IMG/VR virus record: IMGVR_UViG_3300022700_000082
Span: 1 to 55,311 of that record
DNA from: a virus
Strand: one strand, 5' to 3'
DNA length: 55,311 bases
Translations under genes and position numbers: made by a program
Part shown: one piece after another, positions 22,590 to 32,727 of the stretch
Layout of the letters: each line of letters starts with the position of its first letter
Position numbering within the stretch: the stretch's first letter is position 1
The notes under the pieces: generated by a model
Database searches by the model: none
What the model saw: the letters and a program-made list of their open reading frames with translations, nothing else
Told to the model about the DNA's origin: nothing

Positions 22590-24013
22590 AAAAGGACCCG
22601 AAGAGCCCGGCGACCACCTGCGACGCCTACGACCACATGCTTCCGGCCTGGGAGAAGATCCAGACGGTCCTTGATGGTACGCGGGCGATGCGGGCGGCTG
22701 GCCAGACGTACCTGCCGCAGCACGACAAGGAAAGCGACGCGGCCTACGCCGAGCGGCTAGACCGCTGCACGCTTTTCAACACGACGAAGATGACCCTGGA
22801 CTCCTGGGTCGGTCGGCCGTTCAGTAAGCCTTTGAAACTGAAAGACGACGTCCCTGTGGAGATCGTCGCCCTGGCGGAGAACATCGACACGCTTGGGTCG
22901 AACATCCAGGTGTTCGCGCGCAACTGGTTCCGCGAGGGAATGGCGAAGTCCTTCTCCCACGTCCTGGTCGACATGCCTAGGCTCGAGCCCCGCGCGGACG
23001 GACGTCCCCGATCCCTGGAGGATGATCGCCTCGACGGCGTCCGCCCCTACTGGGTCCACATCAAGCCGGAGCAGCTGTTCTTCGCCGAGGCCCAGGTGGT
23101 CGGCGGCGAGGAGGTCCTGCAGGAGATCCGGTACGTGGAACACGTGACCAAGCGGGACGGCTTCGCGATCGTGACGATCCCGCAGATCCGGCGCCTGTAT
23201 CGGGCGGACGGCGTGGTCGCTGTCGAGATCTGGGAGGAGGTCAAGGCGCGGTCGAAGAAGAAGGCCTGGCGGATCACCGACAGCTGGACGATGGAGATCG
23301 ACCGGATCCCGCTGGTGACGTTCTACGCGGACCGCGATTGCTTCCTGCTCGGGAAGTCCCCACTGGAGGATCTGGCGGACCTGAACATCGCGCACTGGCA
23401 GTCGACGTCGGACCAGCGGGCGATCCTGACCGTCGCTCGGTTCCCGATACTGGCCTGCTCGGGCGGGACGGATGAGACGAACAAGCTGGTGGTCGGTCCG
23501 AACAAGTGGCTGTACACCCCAGACCCCAGCGGGCGCTTCTACTACGTCGAGCATTCTGGGAAGGCGATCAGCGCCGGGGACGCGGACCTGGCGGAACTGG
23601 CCCGGCAGATGGGTGAGTACGGCAGCGAGTGGTTGAAGAAGCGACCGAACCGGGAGACGGCGACGGCGCGGACCCTGGACTCGGCCGAGGCGACGTCGGC
23701 CCTGCAGGACGCGACGCTACGGTTCCAGGACGCTTTGGAGAACGTGATCCGTCTGACGGCCTACTGGATGGACCTGGCCGATGGCGGCAGTGTCGAGGTG
23801 CACAACAGCTTCAGCGAGGCGCCGGTCGGACCGGACGGCCTGCGGATCCTCATCGAGGCCCGGAAGAACCGGGACATCTCTCGCGAGGTTTTCATTCATG
23901 AACTGCAGCGGGCAGGCGTGCTTGATGAGGACTTCGATGTGGATGCGGACGGAGCGCGGTTGGAGTCCGAGCTGATGGACATGTTCCCGATGCCTGGCGG
24001 ACCACCGCAGTAG
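22586..24013 (+). CDS. portal protein
   Basis: 475 aa, ATGA-coupled to terL. The N-terminal region resembles DUF4055-type portals by eye. Confidence 0.7.
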   Translation: MKKDPKSPATTCDAYDHMLPAWEKIQTVLDGTRAMRAAGQTYLPQHDKESDAAYAERLDRCTLFNTTKMTLDSWVGRPFSKPLKLKDDVPVEIVALAENIDTLGSNIQVFARNWFREGMAKSFSHVLVDMPRLEPRADGRPRSLEDDRLDGVRPYWVHIKPEQLFFAEAQVVGGEEVLQEIRYVEHVTKRDGFAIVTIPQIRRLYRADGVVAVEIWEEVKARSKKKAWRITDSWTMEIDRIPLVTFYADRDCFLLGKSPLEDLADLNIAHWQSTSDQRAILTVARFPILACSGGTDETNKLVVGPNKWLYTPDPSGRFYYVEHSGKAISAGDADLAELARQMGEYGSEWLKKRPNRETATARTLDSAEATSALQDATLRFQDALENVIRLTAYWMDLADGGSVEVHNSFSEAPVGPDGLRILIEARKNRDISREVFIHELQRAGVLDEDFDVDADGARLESELMDMFPMPGGPPQ

Positions 24014-24060
24014 CTGTGCCCCTACAACAAGCGGCGATTCTGGAAGGCGGAACGTAAAAC

Positions 24061-25248
24061 ATGGCGACGGCGAATGAAAGACTACTCGACCTGATCGTCC
24101 GCAGGCAGATCAACCTGCAGCGGATGTCTAAGACCGAGGGCGAGGCGCTGATACGACTGCTTAAGGAGAGCGATGAGGCAGTCGAGTGGTTGATCCGACA
24201 GCAGGGAGGTACGTTCTCGATTCGCCGGCTTGGAGCGGTCCAGCAAGAAATTGCTCGACTTCGGGAACCTGCGATGGCCTCGCTGGGTTCTAAACTTCAG
24301 GATCTTGCAACGGGGACCGGCTCGCAGGAGATGGCCCACACGACTTCCATACTGGGGCGACAGGTTCCCGTCGAGATCAACTTCGCCGCGCCGAATCCGG
24401 TCGCGGTCCGCGAGTTGATTCTGACGACGCCTTTCGGTGACGACACGAAAATGCTAACTCTGGGGCAATGGGTCTCGGACCTGTCGGTCGCCGACCAGAA
24501 CCGGATCATGGGGTCCATCCAGGCCGGCATGGTCCAGGGGCTGACGGTGCCCAAGCTGACGCAGAACGTGCAGCAGGCGCTGGGCGTCACGCACCGGCAG
24601 GCGGAGGCGCTGGCGCGGACGTCGGTGAACCACGCGGCGAACACGGCTCGGAACGCGACCTTCGCCGAGAACTCGGACGTCATCAAGGCGCTGATGTGGT
24701 CCGCGCAGCTGGACGGCCGGACGTCGCCGGTCTGCCGGGCCCGCGACGGGAGCTTCCGACCGCCCGACGGCGTAAACAGCTGGGCTGGCGTGCCCGAGCC
24801 GCACCTGGAGGACTTCCTCTCGCCGCCGGCCCACATCCGATGCCGCTCGACACTGGTCCCAATCCTCGATGACATGGGCGTGGCTGAACAGCTGATGGGA
24901 CATCGTCGAGCGACGGTGACCGATACCAGGACTGGCCGACAGCGGCAGATCGACTTCGAGCGCCAGGCCCGGGACCGATATGGTTCCGGCTGGCGCAGCG
25001 CACCAAGGAACATAAAGACCCGCTACCGGCAGCAGGTCCGGCAGGAGTGGGCACGGGAGAATGTTGGCCAGGTCCCAGGCCATACGAGCTACGGGGAATG
25101 GCTTCGCCGGCAGGACCGGGACTTCGTCGTGCAGGTCATGGGGCCGTCGCGGGCGAAGCTGTTCCTGGACGGCGGCCTGAAGATGGATCAGTTTGTGGAC
25201 AGGTTCGGGCAACCGCTTACGCTTGAGGAGCTGGCCCGCCTGACCTAG
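24061..25248 (+). CDS. head morphogenesis protein (Mu F / SPP1 gp7 family)
   Basis: The LDGRTSPVCRARDG motif is characteristic of the family. Positioned after the portal gene. Confidence 0.75.
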   Translation: MATANERLLDLIVRRQINLQRMSKTEGEALIRLLKESDEAVEWLIRQQGGTFSIRRLGAVQQEIARLREPAMASLGSKLQDLATGTGSQEMAHTTSILGRQVPVEINFAAPNPVAVRELILTTPFGDDTKMLTLGQWVSDLSVADQNRIMGSIQAGMVQGLTVPKLTQNVQQALGVTHRQAEALARTSVNHAANTARNATFAENSDVIKALMWSAQLDGRTSPVCRARDGSFRPPDGVNSWAGVPEPHLEDFLSPPAHIRCRSTLVPILDDMGVAEQLMGHRRATVTDTRTGRQRQIDFERQARDRYGSGWRSAPRNIKTRYRQQVRQEWARENVGQVPGHTSYGEWLRRQDRDFVVQVMGPSRAKLFLDGGLKMDQFVDRFGQPLTLEELARLT

Positions 25249-25280
25249 AAGGGCGTGACGCCCACAACCAAGGAGGCTCC

Positions 25281-26078
25281 ATGATGGAGTTTGAATTCCA
25301 GCGGAGTGTCGAGAGCATCGATAAGGTCCCCCAGGACTTCCAGGGGCTGTATGTGGAGGCCGAGGATAGCGGTGGGTTCATCCTTCGGACCGATGACCCG
25401 GCCGTGACCAGCGCTGTCGCGGCGATCACCGGCCTGAACAAGAGCCTGAAGGCGGCCCGTGGCGAGGTGAAGAACCTGAAGGGCCAGCGGGTGGACCTGT
25501 CCCCGCTGAGCGAGTATGGGGAGAGCCCCGAGGAGATCGCCGAGCGCTTCAAGGAGCAGCTCGCCGACGCGGCCAAGGGAAAGAAGACACAGGAGGACTT
25601 CCAGCGCCAGGTCGAGAAGATCAAGGCCGACCTGGGCAGCGAGTACGGGCAGAAGATCGAGGCCGAGCAGCAGCGGTCCGAGGCCCTGAAGGGCCAGCTG
25701 CATGGCATCCTGGTGACGGGCGAGGCGAAGAGCGCTCTGGCCGAGGCTGGGTCGATCGACGCCGACCTTGCACTACCCTTCCTGACGCAGCAGGTGAAGG
25801 TCGCCGAGGAGGACGGGAAGTTTCAGGTCATGGTCGTCGACCAGGCCGGGGATCCCCGCTACTCAGGAATTACCGGCGCCCCGATGTCGGTGAAGGAACT
25901 GGTCCAGGAGATGAAGGGACAGGAGAAGTTTGGGCCTCTGTTCAAGTCGGACCAGCGCAGCGGAAGCGGCGCCCCGGCGGAGGGCCGGCGGCGCACTGGA
26001 CAACCCAAGGGGGATATGTCCTCGACGGACAAGATCGCTGCCGGGCTGGCCAAGGGCCAGGCGTCGCGACGCAACTAG
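25281..26078 (+). CDS. scaffolding protein (candidate)
   Basis: E/K/A/Q-rich, predicted helical or coiled-coil, 265 aa. Lies between the MuF-like and capsid genes. Confidence 0.55.
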   Translation: MMEFEFQRSVESIDKVPQDFQGLYVEAEDSGGFILRTDDPAVTSAVAAITGLNKSLKAARGEVKNLKGQRVDLSPLSEYGESPEEIAERFKEQLADAAKGKKTQEDFQRQVEKIKADLGSEYGQKIEAEQQRSEALKGQLHGILVTGEAKSALAEAGSIDADLALPFLTQQVKVAEEDGKFQVMVVDQAGDPRYSGITGAPMSVKELVQEMKGQEKFGPLFKSDQRSGSGAPAEGRRRTGQPKGDMSSTDKIAAGLAKGQASRRN

Positions 26079-26104
26079 GGAGACGGCCTGAAAAAAAAAT
26101 GATC

Positions 26105-26140
26105 CCAGGCGGGAACTTGCGGCGTCCGCCTGGTTTCATT
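26105..26140 (+). terminator. stem-loop with T-rich tail (intrinsic terminator candidate)
   Basis: CCAGGCGG-N13-CCGCCTGG followed by TTTCATT, and preceded by an A9 run. Confidence 0.5.
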
Positions 26141-26266
26141 ATCAAATGGAACGAGCCCGCCGTGGGGTGATCCCGGTGTGGGCGCTGGATCCGGTGACCG
26201 GATCCTGGACGGGACCGTGACGGAACCGAAGCTCTGAACCGAAACTCAACCCAAGGAGGGCCAATA

Positions 26267-27229
26267 ATGGCTTCTGTGACTTTGACCGAAAGCGCCAAGC
26301 TGAGCCAGAACGAGCTGGTGGCTGGCGTCATCGAGAACATCATCACCGTCAATCAGATGTACGAGGTCCTGCCGTTCGACGGGATCGACGGCAACGCCCT
26401 GGCCTACAACCGCGAGAACGCCCTCGGCGGCGTCGGTGTGATCGGCGTGGGCGACACCATCGGCTCCAGCGATGCCAACCCCCTTAGCGGTGGTTCCGGC
26501 GAGGCCAAGGACGCCGCGACCTTCACCCAGGTGACTTCCAGCCTGACCACCATCCTCGGCGACGCCGAGGTGAACGGGCTGATCCAGTCCACTCGGTCCA
26601 ACATCAACGACCAGGCGAGCGTTCAGATCGCCAGCAAGTCCAAGCACGTCGGCCGACTGTACCAGTACATGCTGGTGAACGGCTCCGCCTCCGGCACCGA
26701 CCAGTTCGACGGCCTGCTTACCCTCTGTGCCGCTGGCCAGAAGACCAGCCCCAGCACCGACGGCGACGCGCTGACCCTCGCGCTGCTCGACGAGCTGGCC
26801 GACAAGGTCACCGCCAAGGACGGCGCCTTGGACTTCTACGCCATGCACGCGCGCGAGCGTCGGGCCTACCGGACTCTGCTCCGGGCCCTCGGCGGCGCCG
26901 CGATCATGGAAGTCGTGGAACTGCCCAGCGGCGATCAGGTCATGGCCTACAGCGGCGTTCCGGTCTTCCGGAACGACTACATCCCCATCGACCAGACCCA
27001 GGGCGGCAGCACCGACGCGACCAGCGTCATCGCCGGTGTCCTGGACGACGGCTCCCGTAGCATCGGCGTCTCGGGCCTGACTGCCTCCGAGCAGGCGGGC
27101 GTCCACGTCGTCGACGTCGGCGAGGCTGCCGCGAAGGACGAGCACATCTGGCGCGTCAAGTGGTACGCTGGGCTCGCCCTGTTCAATGAGAAGGGTCTCG
27201 CGGTCGCGCCGGGCATCGTCCCTGCCTAG
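26267..27229 (+). CDS. major capsid protein
   Basis: 320 aa with an AAGGAGG SD. Follows the scaffold gene. N-terminus is LSQNELVAGVIENIITVNQMYEVLPFDGIDGNALAYNRE, typical of a phage major-capsid family by memory. Confidence 0.75.
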   Translation: MASVTLTESAKLSQNELVAGVIENIITVNQMYEVLPFDGIDGNALAYNRENALGGVGVIGVGDTIGSSDANPLSGGSGEAKDAATFTQVTSSLTTILGDAEVNGLIQSTRSNINDQASVQIASKSKHVGRLYQYMLVNGSASGTDQFDGLLTLCAAGQKTSPSTDGDALTLALLDELADKVTAKDGALDFYAMHARERRAYRTLLRALGGAAIMEVVELPSGDQVMAYSGVPVFRNDYIPIDQTQGGSTDATSVIAGVLDDGSRSIGVSGLTASEQAGVHVVDVGEAAAKDEHIWRVKWYAGLALFNEKGLAVAPGIVPA

Positions 27230-27243
27230 ACCATGTTCCCATG

Positions 27244-27263
27244 TGAGGGGCCTTCGGGCCCCT
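27244..27263 (+). terminator. GC hairpin with TTCG tetraloop after the capsid gene (terminator/attenuator candidate, no U-tract)
   Basis: GAGGGGCC-TTCG-GGCCCCTC, with a perfect 8-bp stem. Confidence 0.45.
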
Positions 27264-27300
27264 CGCCCAGACCCCTCTCCGTTGAAAGGACGGTAGCACA

Positions 27301-27879
27301 ATGGCATTCTATCTGCTTACCAACCCCGGAGCGAAGAACTCGAAAGCGAAGGCCCTCGTCGTCCAGGCCGAGTCGGCTGCGGACGCGAAGACCGTCGCAT
27401 CCTCGTACTTCGACGGGGACTCAGGCTGGAGTGGTGCGACCTCCGTCGCCCTGACCGGCACCACGCTCGACGCGGCCTCGTGCCTCTCAGGTTGGACCTT
27501 CAAGATCATCATCCGGGGCGGCGCGGCCCAGTCCGTCGACCCCATCGTGATCAGCCACACCGCCTCCGGGACCGATGACCTCGACGCCGTCGCGGCCGAC
27601 CTGGTCACCGCCCTGAACGCGGACGCCGACATCGCGAACGCTGCCTACTCGGCCCCCGACCTGACCATTAGCTCGATCGCTGATGGCCTAGGCGACGCGG
27701 CCGTGACTTTCCACGCCTATCCCCCGGCCTCCGAGCTGGCGGCGACGGACGTGGACCTCGGCGCGCTGTTCGTGGGTGCCGGTGGTATCACGGACGAGGG
27801 CATCGCGGCTGCGGTCCTGGAGATCGCCTTGGTGGCCGACACCGAGAGCAAACCGAAGGTCTTCGGTGTCGTCTACTAG
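27301..27879 (+). CDS. hypothetical virion-module protein (possible head decoration)
   Basis: 192 aa, Ala/Asp-rich. Assigned by position after the capsid gene only. Confidence 0.5.
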   Translation: MAFYLLTNPGAKNSKAKALVVQAESAADAKTVASSYFDGDSGWSGATSVALTGTTLDAASCLSGWTFKIIIRGGAAQSVDPIVISHTASGTDDLDAVAADLVTALNADADIANAAYSAPDLTISSIADGLGDAAVTFHAYPPASELAATDVDLGALFVGAGGITDEGIAAAVLEIALVADTESKPKVFGVVY

Positions 27880-27901
27880 GCGGCAACGAGCGGAGCGACC
27901 G

Positions 27902-28462
27902 ATGGCAAACGTGACGAGAACAATCTACCTGACCGGAGGCCGAGCTGGCCAGACCTGCGACCTGAACCACGGACGGTTCCACTTCACAAATGGCAAGCTC
28001 GTCCTCCGGGGGGACGGAGCCCGCGTCGCGGCCTTGGTAAGGATCCTTGCGGATCAGTACCAGGCCTACGAAGCCGGGAGTCTGGAACTGGAGGCTGCCA
28101 ATGGCGAGCGTGATATTCCGAAGGCTGGCGAGGGGACGGAACATCTTCTCGGCGGAGTTCGACCGGCTGGGCAAGGGACTGCCGAGACGGAAGCAGTTGC
28201 TGGGGGCGGAGCAGATGGAACTGCGGACGATCCAGGAGCGGAACGAGATCACACCGAAGGGGACGGACACCCGGACCCCCGGCTGGCGCGGATCCAAGTA
28301 GCACTCGATCGCCTGGACCACGGCAAGGACGCCTACTGGACCTGTGAGGGACTGCCCAAAGTCTCGGTGATCAAGAAGCGGCTCAAGGACGAGACCCTTA
28401 CACGCGCCGACATCGACAAGGCGGCGCCGAACTTCCAACGCGAAGGATATCCACATGGCTGA
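27902..28462 (+). CDS. hypothetical protein (186 aa) with disordered acidic linker
   Basis: Start at MANVTR is preceded by GGAG. The ORF's upstream extension to 27776 overlaps the previous gene. Confidence 0.5.
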   Translation: MANVTRTIYLTGGRAGQTCDLNHGRFHFTNGKLVLRGDGARVAALVRILADQYQAYEAGSLELEAANGERDIPKAGEGTEHLLGGVRPAGQGTAETEAVAGGGADGTADDPGAERDHTEGDGHPDPRLARIQVALDRLDHGKDAYWTCEGLPKVSVIKKRLKDETLTRADIDKAAPNFQREGYPHG

Positions 28463-28721
28463 AGCATACTACCTGGTGACCCAGAGCAAGAGCGCCCGAC
28501 GGCAGGGTGTGATCGACGGGATCCACAGCGTCGTTGGCAACTACGACGACGGCTCTAGCGACGCCGAGATCATTGCTGACGCCTACGCGAAGGTGGTCGC
28601 GGCCGGTCATCCGATCCGGTCGGACTACTTCGACACCGTCGTGGCGCTGACCACGGCGGCTCCGGACGACACCGACACTATCATCTTCCTCCCAGAGACC
28701 TACGAGATCGAGGAGGCGTAG
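28455..28721 (+). CDS. hypothetical protein (88 aa)
   Basis: Overlap-coupled ORF. Confidence 0.5.
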   Translation: MAEAYYLVTQSKSARRQGVIDGIHSVVGNYDDGSSDAEIIADAYAKVVAAGHPIRSDYFDTVVALTTAAPDDTDTIIFLPETYEIEEA

Positions 28722-28724
28722 ATC

Positions 28725-29102
28725 TTGTCGAACATCAGTTTCAGGTTCAACCTAACGATCACTCAGGGGGATGACCGGGCTCTGGTGTTCGTATTCTCGG
28801 ATGATGACGGCAACCCGGTGGACATCTCGACATGGGAGATCTTCTACACGGCGAAGGCGGACTACGCAGATCCGGACGTTGAGGCTTTGATAGCGCTGGA
28901 GCCGGCCGACTTTACGGCCAGTGATAGTGGTACCGGGACAATCGACAGGGTGACTGCGAACATCCCCGCCTCCGCGACCGGAGCCATGGCCGCCGGCACC
29001 TATTACCAAGACCTCCAGGTAAAGAAGGCCGGCGGCCTGGTCTCCACGATTGGTCGCGGCCAGCTTGTGATTGATGCACAGGTCACGCAGAGGACAAGCT
29101 GA
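28725..29102 (+). CDS. hypothetical beta-rich (Ig-like?) structural protein, TTG start
   Basis: 125 aa. Pattern is ITQGDDRALVFVF.D..GNPVDIS.W.I....... Confidence 0.45.
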   Translation: MSNISFRFNLTITQGDDRALVFVFSDDDGNPVDISTWEIFYTAKADYADPDVEALIALEPADFTASDSGTGTIDRVTANIPASATGAMAAGTYYQDLQVKKAGGLVSTIGRGQLVIDAQVTQRTS

Positions 29103-31297
29103 TGCCTGAGATTGTCAACCAGATCTTCCATGTTCAGGTCTCAGGAACCACCTACCATGTTGAGGTTCAGGAAGCGGTCCAGTACAATGTCTCCTTGACA
29201 AGTGCTGGGAGTCTCGGCCTTGTCCAATCTGTGTTTGGGCGGGTCGGCGATATCGTGGCCGAGACCGGCGACTATGAACCCTCACAACTGGCCCAGCAAG
29301 GTGCCACCGACGGCCAGGTTCTGACCTGGAGCACCGTTCTGGGCTCGTGGGTTCCAGGCACTGTCGGAGGGGGCGCCGTCGATTCTGTCAACGGGCAGAC
29401 CGGCGCGGTCGTGCTTGACTCCGACGACATTGACGAGGGACTGACCAACCTCTACTTTACGGAGGCGCGGGCAAACGCGGCCAGTGCTGTTGTCGCCAAC
29501 ACATCGGCCCGTCACACACACGCCAACAAGGCCGAGCTGGACCTGGTGACGGACGGTGACCACGATGTCCGCACGGATAACCCACACGGAGTGACCGCAG
29601 CCCAGGTGGGGGCGGCAGATGCGAGCCATACACATGCCGTCGGAGACTTGACACAAAGCGGCGCCGTGTCTGGCGATCTGCTTTACTGGGATGGAGCCAA
29701 CTGGGCTCCGCTGACCCCAGACTTCGCACCGACTTCTCACGTGCATACGGCCAGCGATGTGACCGACTTCGACACTGAGGTAGGCAACCAGGCCGACGTC
29801 ACAGCGAACACTGCTGCACGCCACACACACACCAACAAGGCCGAGCTGGACCTGGTGACGGACGGTGACCACGACGTGCGAACCGACAATCCGCACGGAG
29901 TGACGGTAGCGGACCTTACGGATGTGGTCATAACGTCCCCGGCGGACAATGATGTCCTGTCTTACGACAACACTAGCGGGGACTGGATCAACCAGACGGC
30001 GGCAGAAGCTGGGCTAGCCACTGCCTCCCATGTTCACGCTGCGGCCGACGTGACTAGCGGCACGTTTGCTGATGCGCGAATCGCTGAGAGCAGTATCACA
30101 CAACACGAATCCGCAATCACCCACCAGAACGTTAGCGGCGCGGGCACGAACACTCATGCCCAGATAGATGCGCACCTGGCGTTGACCGACGAGCATATCG
30201 ACTGGACCAATGCTACAGCGGATCTTGCAACGACAGGGCTTATCCTAAGCACGTTTGATGGTCTGTCCTCTGGTAGTGCCTTCTTTGCCGACCTAGATGT
30301 GACCGCTTCGGGGAACTATACCAACGTCGTAAACGGGTTCGATCTGGACTACGATCTGGACATGGCTTCCAGTAGCATCGTCACTGGTACTGTTCGTGGT
30401 GTGCGGTTTCGTTACAGCGCAGTGGACAACGGTGCTCTGTATGCTTCGCCGGTCGTGCAGATCATTGACGGCAGGATTGATGCCGGTGGGGTCCAGGTAG
30501 CTAATGCTACTGGGTCCAACCCCATGTATTACAAGTTCGAGAATCCTGCTGCGTCCCAGCAATTCCCGAACGGCTTTATGCGGGTGGACGTTGCAGGTGG
30601 ATCTGCTACTGGGACGACTATCGCGTTCTTCTCGTCCTGTGCAGTGAGTGGCTCCCAGGACGGCGTCGGGTATCGTGGGTATGCTACGGGTTCTGGCGCT
30701 GCCACCGGTACGCTGGTCGGCACGCAGGGATATGTCTTACTAGGGGCTAGCGCAAACCAGAATGACGTGGCCGCCTTGGACGGGCGCATTGTCGGGGCGG
30801 GAGCAACTCCGGCGGATAAGATCATGGGACTGCGCTGTGTGTACCATGCTTTGGTCCGTCAAGGCTCGCTGGTTGTAACCTCTGCGAATGTGGAGACTCC
30901 AAACGCTGTTAGCTCAACCCACCTTGATTTTTTGAACGATCAGGGGGACGCCTACGTTGAAGGCAATATTGAGGTTGACGGTGAACTGTACTGTGACGGT
31001 AACGTCGCCCACAGCTTGGTGGACGTGTCCACGGCTTCCGTGGCGGCCGGCGATGAGACCTACATCATCGGCGACGCATCCTCTACCTCCATCGTAGTGG
31101 ACCTGCCGGCCGTTAGCGGCCTAAGTGGTCACCGCGAATACTGCATCAAGAAAACGGATGGGAGCGGTAACACGGTAACGGTAAGCGCAGCGGGTGGAGA
31201 TACGATCGACGGATCAGGATCGGTGGTTCTGAGCAGCCAGTACGACCACGTGCGTGTCGTGGCCGGAAACGGCACTGACTGGCACGTGGTAGGATAA
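29102..31297 (+). CDS. fibre / spike-like protein with tandem His-rich fibre repeats
   Basis: 731 aa. Repeats NT(S/A)ARHTH(A/T)NKAELDLVTDGDHDVRTDNPHGVT occur twice, and further SHTHA/SHVHT/SHVHA motifs are present. The C-terminal region is Gly/Ser/Thr-rich and beta-type. Confidence 0.65.
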   Translation: MPEIVNQIFHVQVSGTTYHVEVQEAVQYNVSLTSAGSLGLVQSVFGRVGDIVAETGDYEPSQLAQQGATDGQVLTWSTVLGSWVPGTVGGGAVDSVNGQTGAVVLDSDDIDEGLTNLYFTEARANAASAVVANTSARHTHANKAELDLVTDGDHDVRTDNPHGVTAAQVGAADASHTHAVGDLTQSGAVSGDLLYWDGANWAPLTPDFAPTSHVHTASDVTDFDTEVGNQADVTANTAARHTHTNKAELDLVTDGDHDVRTDNPHGVTVADLTDVVITSPADNDVLSYDNTSGDWINQTAAEAGLATASHVHAAADVTSGTFADARIAESSITQHESAITHQNVSGAGTNTHAQIDAHLALTDEHIDWTNATADLATTGLILSTFDGLSSGSAFFADLDVTASGNYTNVVNGFDLDYDLDMASSSIVTGTVRGVRFRYSAVDNGALYASPVVQIIDGRIDAGGVQVANATGSNPMYYKFENPAASQQFPNGFMRVDVAGGSATGTTIAFFSSCAVSGSQDGVGYRGYATGSGAATGTLVGTQGYVLLGASANQNDVAALDGRIVGAGATPADKIMGLRCVYHALVRQGSLVVTSANVETPNAVSSTHLDFLNDQGDAYVEGNIEVDGELYCDGNVAHSLVDVSTASVAAGDETYIIGDASSTSIVVDLPAVSGLSGHREYCIKKTDGSGNTVTVSAAGGDTIDGSGSVVLSSQYDHVRVVAGNGTDWHVVG
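29523..29874 (+). repeat. internal direct repeat in fibre gene: identical 43-nt cores at 29523-29565 and 29832-29874 (period 309 nt = 103 aa)
   Basis: ccaacaaggccgagctggacctggtgacggacggtgaccacga is present twice. Confidence 0.9.
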
Positions 31298-31309
31298 GGA
31301 GGCAGAGAC

Positions 31310-31915
31310 ATGGCCTTTACCCTGGAGACCGGCAGCGGCGTCGCCGGAGCCAACGCCTACATTACCGCCCAGCAGTTCAAGGACCACCACGACGACCGTG
31401 GGCAGGACTACACAACGCCTCTTGCTGATGATCCGGCGATCCAGGTGGCAATTGTCTTGGCAACCGACTACGTTGACAAGCGTTTCGGGCGCCGGTTCCG
31501 AGGCTGCCGACAGTCCTCTGTCCAAGGCCTGGAATGGCCACGGCTTGACGCCTACGATGATGACAACTTCCCTCTCCAGGGCGTCCCGTCGGCGCTGGTG
31601 AAGGCCGTGGCGGAATATGCCCTGCTGGCCGGGCAGCTGGACCGGAATCTGGCCCCCCTGAGTCCCCCCGACTTCGGCGTTCTGGACCCCGCGACGGGCG
31701 AGGTGACGAACGACTCCAGCGGCCGGATCACCGGGAAGCAGGAGAAGGTGGGGCCGATCGAGGACGAGACCAGGTATGCGGATGGGAACTCTTCGGGCCA
31801 GCCGATGGTTGGAACAGGGAACCTGATCCAGCGGATCCCGGAATATCCGCAGGCCGATCTCTGGATGGAGGAACTGATCACCTCCTACACCGACAGGGGA
31901 CTGTACCGTGGCTGA
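31310..31915 (+). CDS. head-tail adaptor / connector (gp6-like, DnaT-like family)
   Basis: ANAYITAQQFKDHH...AIVLATDYVDKRFGRRFRG...QGLEWPR matches the pattern of head-tail connector proteins. Confidence 0.55.
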   Translation: MAFTLETGSGVAGANAYITAQQFKDHHDDRGQDYTTPLADDPAIQVAIVLATDYVDKRFGRRFRGCRQSSVQGLEWPRLDAYDDDNFPLQGVPSALVKAVAEYALLAGQLDRNLAPLSPPDFGVLDPATGEVTNDSSGRITGKQEKVGPIEDETRYADGNSSGQPMVGTGNLIQRIPEYPQADLWMEELITSYTDRGLYRG

Positions 31916-32276
31916 TCTCGTCAAGCTCGCCGCGACTGCCAAGCGCCTGATCGGCGCGAACGGGCGCCAGATCAAGCTGGTGAAGTTCGGCTCGGCTGCG
32001 GCCGATGACTCGAAGCCCTGGCGCGGTCGGCGTGAGTACCACAAAGCCGAGGTGACTGGCTACGCCGTCCAGGTCCCCGAGAGCACGATGACGAACGAGG
32101 ACGGCGTCAAGAGGCTTGATGATTTCTTCCTGTTCGCGGCAAACGACGACGGCGGCCATGACCTTCGGACCTTCGACGCGATCGAGGACGGAGGCTGGGT
32201 CTGGAAGATTGTAAAAGTTCGGCTGCTGGATCCGGGCTCGACAAGGATCCTCTATGAGTTCGAGGTGGAGCGATGA
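31908..32276 (+). CDS. hypothetical head-tail joining module protein (122 aa, GTG start)
   Basis: Assigned by position only. Confidence 0.45.
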   Translation: MADLVKLAATAKRLIGANGRQIKLVKFGSAAADDSKPWRGRREYHKAEVTGYAVQVPESTMTNEDGVKRLDDFFLFAANDDGGHDLRTFDAIEDGGWVWKIVKVRLLDPGSTRILYEFEVER

Positions 32277-32704
32277 GCGCAACCATCACGCAGGCCCGGG
32301 ACGAGATCCTGGCGAAGTTCCACGCGACCTGGGACGTGACAGGGGCCAGCGCTGATGTTCCGGTTCTCTATTCCGACGTCGCCCAGGATGTGCCCGACAG
32401 GGGCTCCTGGGCTCGGATCACGGTCCGACACAACCAAGGCTATCAGGCGACGCTGAGCGGCACCATTGGGTCGCGTCGGTTTCGTCGGGAGGGCATCGTC
32501 ACGGTGCAGATTTTCACGCCGTTCGCGGACGGCGGCGTGGACAACGATGCGCTGGCGACGATCGCCCAGCAGGCGTTCGAGGGTGAGGTGACCTCACCTG
32601 GGAGGGTGATCTTCCGGCGCGTTCGGATCAACGAGGTCGGGCAGTCCGGCCAATGGTTCCAGACGAACGTACTCGCTGATTTTGAGTACGATCATATCCA
32701 CTAG
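32273..32704 (+). CDS. tail terminator / completion-like protein (DUF4128-like)
   Basis: 143 aa immediately upstream of the tail tube gene. Pattern is ARITVRHNQGYQATLSG...RREGIVTVQIFTP. Confidence 0.5.
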   Translation: MSATITQARDEILAKFHATWDVTGASADVPVLYSDVAQDVPDRGSWARITVRHNQGYQATLSGTIGSRRFRREGIVTVQIFTPFADGGVDNDALATIAQQAFEGEVTSPGRVIFRRVRINEVGQSGQWFQTNVLADFEYDHIH

Positions 32705-32727
32705 GGCTGCAGAACAAGGAGCTTACA

